A stretch of 40,893 nucleotides of DNA, taken from assembly GCA_001823155.1 (NCBI GenBank), contig MHTR01000023.1, positions 1 to 40,893 on the forward strand, read 5' to 3'. The notes under the pieces were generated by a model. That model saw only the letters and a program-made list of their open reading frames with translations. It ran no database searches and was not told where the DNA came from. Source of the DNA: Candidatus Wildermuthbacteria bacterium RIFCSPHIGHO2_01_FULL_48_25. GTDB taxonomy: Bacteria; Patescibacteriota; Minisyncoccia; Minisyncoccales; UBA10102. Numbering within the stretch: the stretch's first letter is position 1; every line of letters starts with the position of its first letter. The translations under genes and the position numbers were made by a program. This document shows, one piece after another, positions 35,745 through 40,893 of this stretch.

Positions 35745-36572
35745 TCAGTTCTCCTCTTCATTCCTCAACGGTTTAGTGGTGAATGGATGGTACTTGCGCT
35801 CCCAGAGCGCATCGACCAATGCGTAGAACTCCTTGTGTGCTTGTTCTGCGTCTCGCATGCCTCCTCGTGCCAGATGTAGGACGAAATCGGTATACGCCTT
35901 GGTGCTGTTGTCTGGGAATGTGCCTGTTTCCAGTTCACCTCCCAGCACGACAACAACCGCTTGGGCGGCTTTTGAGATCTGCAAACTCTGCGTTTCTCTT
36001 GGGACCGCTTCGGGAAATACCTGCGCTGTTGACCAATCGAAGATCAGCACATAGTGCAGCTTCGGCTCGATCAAGACGTTGTTCCCGGTCGCTTCAATGG
36101 AGAATCCCTCACTGAACGCAAATACGAGCAGTTTGAGAAGTTTCCCCATGATCCACGCGCTGGTGCGCTCGTCAACACGAAGCCTGTCTTTGGCCGTGAT
36201 GTTGCTCAATGGCACCATGCTCCTCACATCCCCTACGTTCCTAAACGCAAGGATGTTGATGTGCCGCGCTCCCTGTTCTTGGGAAACGAAGCTGTCTACA
36301 AGTTCGGGAAACCCGAGCTTGTAGTTAAGCATGGCTTCGGGATCCTTCTTCACACGCGCGTACTCTTCTTCAAGCTCATCAGCATAGCGCTCAAGCTCTT
36401 TTAGAACGTAGGCTGTGCGCTGAAGACCGCCGTTGTTAGCTGTCGCAAGCGCAATCTGCAAAAGGCACTGACTCCCTGCTTCGTCGCGGCAGAGGTAGAG
36501 CCGGTAGGTACCGGTCTCTGCCACCTGCTTGCCGACTTGGTATAGGTGAAAATCGTTCCGTATTTCTATCAC
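35745..36572 (-). CDS. Protein-kinase-fold protein, probably catalytically degenerate
   Basis: YQVGKQVAETGTYRLY, CLLQIA, FPELVDSF, NNVLI, LIFDWS; GGAGG SD before GTG 36572. Confidence 0.7.
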   Translation of the reverse strand: MIEIRNDFHLYQVGKQVAETGTYRLYLCRDEAGSQCLLQIALATANNGGLQRTAYVLKELERYADELEEEYARVKKDPEAMLNYKLGFPELVDSFVSQEQGARHINILAFRNVGDVRSMVPLSNITAKDRLRVDERTSAWIMGKLLKLLVFAFSEGFSIEATGNNVLIEPKLHYVLIFDWSTAQVFPEAVPRETQSLQISKAAQAVVVVLGGELETGTFPDNSTKAYTDFVLHLARGGMRDAEQAHKEFYALVDALWERKYHPFTTKPLRNEEEN

Positions 36573-36725
36573 GAAATTCCCCTCCGCTTGACTCTTTTCC
36601 AGATATCTATTGTCAAGGTTCAGCAGCAAAACCCTACCAGTTTTGTATTAAATTGTCAAGGTTCGCCCGGGCTTCAAAGAAGTCCAGGCGGCTAACTCCC
36701 GGTCAGACGTCCGAACTCCTTTAGA

Positions 36726-37406
36726 TCAAAGAAATTGAAAGAACTCTGTTTGCCTTTTCGCAAACTTGTGGAGTGCCGCAGGCCTGTTTGCCCCTCCCCT
36801 CTTTTCTCCTCCAGTAGGCCGTACCAGGTTGAGCGCGAAAAGCTTCTTCCGGAAGTTGCGCTTGTCAAACTTCTTTCGCAGCACAACTTCGTAAACTTCT
36901 TGCAGTTCGCCTAAGGTAAATTGGGGCTTCAAGAATCCTTGGGCTATAGTGGAATACCCAAGCTTTGCCTCAAGACGCTCCAAGCCCTTTTTCACGATTT
37001 CGTTGTGATCGTATGCAAGGTTGAGAAGGCGTTTTGCATCTTTCCAGTATACTTTTCTCGCATTGAGGCTTTTGGAAATTGCTTCTGGAGAAACTAACAC
37101 AAGATATGCCACAGATACCACCCTGCCTCTTGGGTCGCGATTGACCGAACTGAACGTGTACAACTGCTCGATATAGGAAGGGACAACGCCTGTCTTGCCT
37201 TTTAAATGGCGGCGAACCGACGCATCGGCGGTTTCATGGGGGCGTATCAAACCGCCAGGCACGCCGAGCATATGCTTATAAAAAGGTGGTATATGCACAT
37301 CGATCAAAAGAACCTTGAGAATTTTTTCGTGAATAGTAAAAATGACCACGTCGGTGGCTAAGACCGCGAAGTGGAGTTCTTTGGTACTTGGCTTCTTTCG
37401 TTTCAT
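36726..37406 (-). CDS. NrtR-family regulator (Nudix-like plus winged HTH)
   Basis: ATDVVIFT, PGG, EQLYTF..RDPRGRVVSVAY, LAYDH, FTLGELQEVYE, DKRNFRKK, RPAAL; Nudix box degenerate. Confidence 0.92.
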   Translation of the reverse strand: MKRKKPSTKELHFAVLATDVVIFTIHEKILKVLLIDVHIPPFYKHMLGVPGGLIRPHETADASVRRHLKGKTGVVPSYIEQLYTFSSVNRDPRGRVVSVAYLVLVSPEAISKSLNARKVYWKDAKRLLNLAYDHNEIVKKGLERLEAKLGYSTIAQGFLKPQFTLGELQEVYEVVLRKKFDKRNFRKKLFALNLVRPTGGEKRGGANRPAALHKFAKRQTEFFQFL

Positions 37407-37411
37407 TATAC

Positions 37412-37433
37412 TTAGTGTATAACTATACACGAA
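37412..37433. promoter_or_regulatory. Candidate NrtR operator (autoregulatory)
   Basis: TTAGTGTATA-AC-TATACACGAA palindrome overlapping TTGACA-18-TACACT promoter of the NrtR gene. Confidence 0.65.
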
Positions 37434-37520
37434 GTGCTGTCAAGAGCTGAAGAAATAAAAGCGGGCGGGGAATGGTGGTAAACCATCCCAGCCCGTTTGT
37501 TTGCTGGCCGAATCCGTTGT

Positions 37521-38327
37521 TCAGATAACGTTCTCGTGCCGCAGGAACACCTCTGTTTCAGAAATAAGCCATTCCTCGTGGCCCTTGAACTGGTGATCTC
37601 CACGCGGCGTGATGCGCACGTCTGCCCATATATCGAGATCACCGAATTTCTCCGACAACTCATACGGTATCACCTCGTCATTCCTACTGTGAATGACGAG
37701 CGTGGGAGTCGTGAAGCTTGTTGCAAGAAGAGACTCGAGGCGATCCCACTGCCTTGTGTCTTCCATATCGTCCCAGGTTCGGGTTTGGGGCTTGCCCCGC
37801 CTTAGGTAACTTACCTCGCCCATTTCCCGGAACGAGGCCTCGTTCACTCCCACTTCTGCGATGCGAGTGAGAAACCGCGCGTAGTTGCCCCATGCAGGCG
37901 CCACGAGAATACACGCGACAACCTTACGCACGGCAACCTTACGAAACTGGCGAGTTGCTGCCCACGCAAAGGAAACAAATGCTCCCCTGCTGTGCCCCCA
38001 GAGAACGACTTTGCCGTCTTCTGGCACAAGGGTCTGGATCACGAGATCCAAGTCGACGCGACTCTGGGTAATGGTCGCGTCGAGATGGGGCTCGGAGTCG
38101 CCGTCTTCGTCGCGCAGATCGAATGCTGCGAACGACCAGCCCAACCGTTCAGCAAGTTCGCACAAATGGGCCCAACGAGCGCCCTTGCGCTTACTCTGCG
38201 AGTGTCCCCCGTGAACACCAATCATCCAGTGCTCGAGGTCTCGCCGGTCAACGGTCGCGGCAAGCCTGGTGTCTCCGCTTGTAATCCACTCGGGCTCACG
38301 TTGAGCGTACTCCTGAACGTTTACCAA
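37521..38327 (-). CDS. Alpha/beta hydrolase
   Basis: GVHGG, GHSRG, HSRNDEVIP, GDHQF; TTG start at 38327 after AAGGGGG (longer ORF overlaps the divergent gene). Confidence 0.8.
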   Translation of the reverse strand: MVNVQEYAQREPEWITSGDTRLAATVDRRDLEHWMIGVHGGHSQSKRKGARWAHLCELAERLGWSFAAFDLRDEDGDSEPHLDATITQSRVDLDLVIQTLVPEDGKVVLWGHSRGAFVSFAWAATRQFRKVAVRKVVACILVAPAWGNYARFLTRIAEVGVNEASFREMGEVSYLRRGKPQTRTWDDMEDTRQWDRLESLLATSFTTPTLVIHSRNDEVIPYELSEKFGDLDIWADVRITPRGDHQFKGHEEWLISETEVFLRHENVI

Positions 38328-38456
38328 TCTATCCCCCTTTTGTAAAACCACGTCGTGTGCTACTGCAACAGAAATACCACGTTTATTGCTATAAGTCAAC
38401 TCTTGTAAAAACTGGAGATATGGGGTATAGGAATCATGCAAAGGAGGATAGCTGCT

Positions 38457-39029
38457 TTGACAATTACATTCAAGAACCTCGACGAAGAAAGCACACAACT
38501 GCTCTACGACTTTTGCGTAGGAGTTTACCTCGACGGAGAATGTTACGCGTTTGCCGTCGCGCTCCAACAAAATCTTGATTGGCCCATAGTAGGCCTCACA
38601 CACGGGGGAACCATACGCCACGCACTTTTGCAAAGACCTGATGGAGGCCTGTTTGACGCACGCGGCCCGATAAAGAGCAAGGATGTCGGCAAACCCTTTG
38701 GCGTGCCGCCTCCCTACGATCTGAAACCGGTAAAAGAAAGTGACCTAAGGAAGGTCAGGCCGATACAGGAATTGAGCATTGCGCGGGCTTTGGACGTTGC
38801 GCAAAGATTGTGGCCCGATCTTCCCTGGAAAAACGGAATGCGCGAGCGTGCGCGCAGATTCGCAGAAGCGCTTGAGGTATTGAGTCGGAGGCACGGCATC
38901 TGGATTCGGGGCAAAGTACCAGCAGCGCCGCCAGTACTGGTGCTTGCACAAGGAGACGAGGCAGGGTATGTTCTTTCTCCCACTCTCGGTAATCCTTCAA
39001 TCTGCACTCTGGACCAAACACTCGCTTGA
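38457..39029 (+). CDS. Hypothetical protein with papain/transglutaminase-like Cys-His-Asp pattern
   Basis: GECYAFAVAL, RHAL, LFDARG; AAGGAGG SD before TTG 38457 (alternative ATG 38436). Confidence 0.7.
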   Translation: MTITFKNLDEESTQLLYDFCVGVYLDGECYAFAVALQQNLDWPIVGLTHGGTIRHALLQRPDGGLFDARGPIKSKDVGKPFGVPPPYDLKPVKESDLRKVRPIQELSIARALDVAQRLWPDLPWKNGMRERARRFAEALEVLSRRHGIWIRGKVPAAPPVLVLAQGDEAGYVLSPTLGNPSICTLDQTLA

Positions 39030-39039
39030 TGCTTCACTG

Positions 39040-39105
39040 CCGGGAGACACCACAATCTCCCGGCCTTTTTATTGAAATAAAAACGGCGAGTTGAAACTCA
39101 CCGCC
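39040..39105. terminator. Back-to-back terminators
   Basis: gccgggaga/tctcccggc+ttttt att (plus); ggcgag../ctcaccgcc with aaataaaaa (minus). Confidence 0.8.
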
Positions 39106-39123
39106 TTGTCGAACCGAGAACTA

Positions 39124-39765
39124 TCAGGGGTGCTCAGCGCGGCTAATGTGCGTAACCACTATTCTGGTCATTCGCGGCACATGCCGGGCCACTTCTCTTA
39201 CAGAGGCCTGTACAGGTTCTGGTAGGCGTGTCAGAGCTTTTTTCCCTTCCCGAATGCGCTCTTGCCGCAAGTTGCACACCCGCCCGGCAGAAGAATCGGC
39301 AAAGCCGGTGTCAGGGTTGTGCCATTTGTCTGCGAAGCGACTCTCCGACGACCGGGGCAAAAGATTCCTCATCATTGCCCCGAGGAAATCCGCGTCAAGC
39401 TTTTCACGGTTCTTCCCGACCGCCTCCCAAAGTGCTTCCCAAAGGATTTCTTCGATATCCGCCTCTGAACCAAATCCTTTCTTGGGAATCACTGGCCAGG
39501 TATCTGCGAACGCCACAATCATGGCGCCTGCTATGCATGTGTACGCCCACGGCCGCCGGACCGGACACTTTCGGTGACCGATTCCCGCAACAACTAGTGC
39601 TGCCACACAGTTCCGCTCAAATTCCCACTCGGGCCAGCGTACTCGATGCATTTCTTGGTAGCTGTGTATGGATTTGCGGCCGAACCATTGTTTATATTCA
39701 GAACTTGGCCCTGTATGAGCAGGATAACGCGGAAGTTCCAGTTTGTTCTCGGCTGTTAAGACCAT
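39124..39765 (-). CDS. Orphan protein in cassette
   Basis: GGAGG SD before ATG 39765; TTGACG-17-TACTGT promoter. Confidence 0.65.
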   Translation of the reverse strand: MVLTAENKLELPRYPAHTGPSSEYKQWFGRKSIHSYQEMHRVRWPEWEFERNCVAALVVAGIGHRKCPVRRPWAYTCIAGAMIVAFADTWPVIPKKGFGSEADIEEILWEALWEAVGKNREKLDADFLGAMMRNLLPRSSESRFADKWHNPDTGFADSSAGRVCNLRQERIREGKKALTRLPEPVQASVREVARHVPRMTRIVVTHISRAEHP

Positions 39766-39851
39766 GTCTACGGCCTCCCTCCCTATTTTCCTTTCCACTC
39801 GCTACTGCCTAAACAGTATCGAATTCTCTTGTCTTCGTCAAGCGCCGAATG

Positions 39852-39880
39852 TTGACAGTATAAGCTACTTCTAGTATACT
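39852..39880 (+). promoter_or_regulatory. Near-consensus sigma70 promoter
   Basis: TTGACA-17bp-TATACT. Confidence 0.85.
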
Positions 39881-39886
39881 CTTTTC

Positions 39887-40072
39887 AGCGTCGAGACGGC
39901 CATCAAAAAGAGTCTGGACAACTCGGCTCATCTCGTACCTCAGAGGTCTGGCCTCGGAATTACTCCGAACGCAAGCAGGTTGATACTGTGCACGGAGTCA
40001 GCCCTCCGTTCCAGGTCAGGCCCTCTGAAAAGTCCATACCGTCTCAATTATCTGGGTTGAGACGGTTTTTTA
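39887..40072 (+). ncRNA. Candidate structured small RNA (~185 nt)
   Basis: Strong promoter, 5' gagacgg complementary to 3' ccgtctc, internal hairpins, terminator accgtctcaa/ttgagacggt+T-tract, no SD-led ORF. Confidence 0.5.
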
Positions 40073-40078
40073 TTTCTC

Positions 40079-40893
40079 TTATTGCGAGAGGCAGGCGTTG
40101 AAACTAGACACCTGCTGGTTGTATTGCACCACCAATACCTTGGTTGCCTCAATGAGTTCGTTGTACTGAGCCACAAGCGCGTTATACGCATCCACTTTCT
40201 GATTGTATTCCTCTCCCCTTTTGGGCTTTGTGTTTTCAAGCTCTTCTCTCAAGCTCAACATCTCTTGCTGTAGTACATCTAAATTGAGTTCAAATGCTTC
40301 TATCTGCGCTCGCAAAGTAGGAGCAGGCTCGGGACAGGCAGAAAGCGGCTTTCCGAATATTTGAACAGCAAGCCACCGAGAGTTTCCCTCAAACATGCCT
40401 TTTCCAACCGCAATGCCAATTTCGCGATACTTTGAGTTTAAAATGTTGGCCCGGTGCCCAGGGCTGTTCATCCACGCCTCAACCAGTTTCTCGTCATCCT
40501 CGAAATTTCCCAAAGCAAGATTCTCTCCTATAGTAATGAATTCATACCCCGCAAGAGTAGCCAAGTCTCCGGCAGATTGGCCGATAGGTGAAACATGAGC
40601 AAAATATTGGCGCTCAAACATATCTTCCAGCTTTGCAAAAGCCGCAACGCGCAACTGTTCATTTGCTTTCAAGGGTTGCAATCCAAAGGTAACACGCTGG
40701 GTATTGGTCCACTCAAGAACTCCTCCTGTGGTCAAAAGCGAGCTTGGAGCGTCAACAATACTCCTCAAAGGAGGAGGCGCGGAAATGATCCTTTCCAGTT
40801 CTTTCAAAAGCTCTTGCGGGCTCGCGACGTCAAAGCTCTCATCTTTGATGCTCTGGAATTGAGAAAAGCCAGGGCTGCCTTGCAGGAGAAAAT
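40079..40893 (-). CDS. CAP (SCP) domain protein with C-terminal coiled coil; 5' end beyond window
   Basis: TNTQR, YFAH, GENLA, WMNSPGHRANIL, VQIFG; frame stays open to 40893. Confidence 0.92.
   Translation of the reverse strand, partial: FLLQGSPGFSQFQSIKDESFDVASPQELLKELERIISAPPPLRSIVDAPSSLLTTGGVLEWTNTQRVTFGLQPLKANEQLRVAAFAKLEDMFERQYFAHVSPIGQSAGDLATLAGYEFITIGENLALGNFEDDEKLVEAWMNSPGHRANILNSKYREIGIAVGKGMFEGNSRWLAVQIFGKPLSACPEPAPTLRAQIEAFELNLDVLQQEMLSLREELENTKPKRGEEYNQKVDAYNALVAQYNELIEATKVLVVQYNQQVSSFNACLSQ

Noticed and set aside
32459-35826. Long plus-strand ORFs (234, 253, 274, 362 aa)
   Set aside because: Antisense shadows of the GC-rich minus-strand operon; no motifs or SD
38328-38633. N-terminal 102 aa extension of the alpha/beta hydrolase ORF
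   Set aside because: Overlaps the divergent plus-strand gene and promoter region; SD supports TTG at 38327
40010-40035. SRP RNA (ccaggtcaggcc resembles the 5' side of helix 8)
   Set aside because: The GNRA loop and AGCAG partner strand are missing

Overview
Bacterial chromosomal fragment (genetic code 11; TGA acts as stop). Gene content and style suggest Patescibacteria/CPR (Parcubacteria-like); this is inference. The left part (1-24550) is a mostly plus-strand housekeeping backbone: efp, fmt, thpR-like, murC, aspS, dac, mraY, murL, murD, ftsW, murG, gltX and a Xer tyrosine recombinase preceded by a dif-like 11-6-11 site. After the recombinase, host genes (DUF167, YdeN hydrolase, csp, rarA, NrtR, CAP protein) are on the minus strand, consistent with a replication terminus. 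Many self-contained accessory units are interleaved, each built as TTGAC promoter, usually a strong SD, an orphan ORF or structured non-coding stretch, then a hairpin and TTTTATT tail; two junctions share a 30/32 bp repeat. The most striking coding module is a four-gene operon (pseudokinase, vWA protein, divergent adenylosuccinate-synthetase-like enzyme with altered Asp/GTP motifs, SAM-like-domain protein). It lies downstream of an NrtR regulator and converges on a large nucleotidyltransferase. A 19-bp palindrome family (AACTWGG-N5-CCWAGTT) occurs as in-frame doublets inside fmt, murL and murD and as singlets at cassette borders. No rRNA, tRNA or CRISPR array was seen. All calls are from reading motifs by eye; no database search was run.
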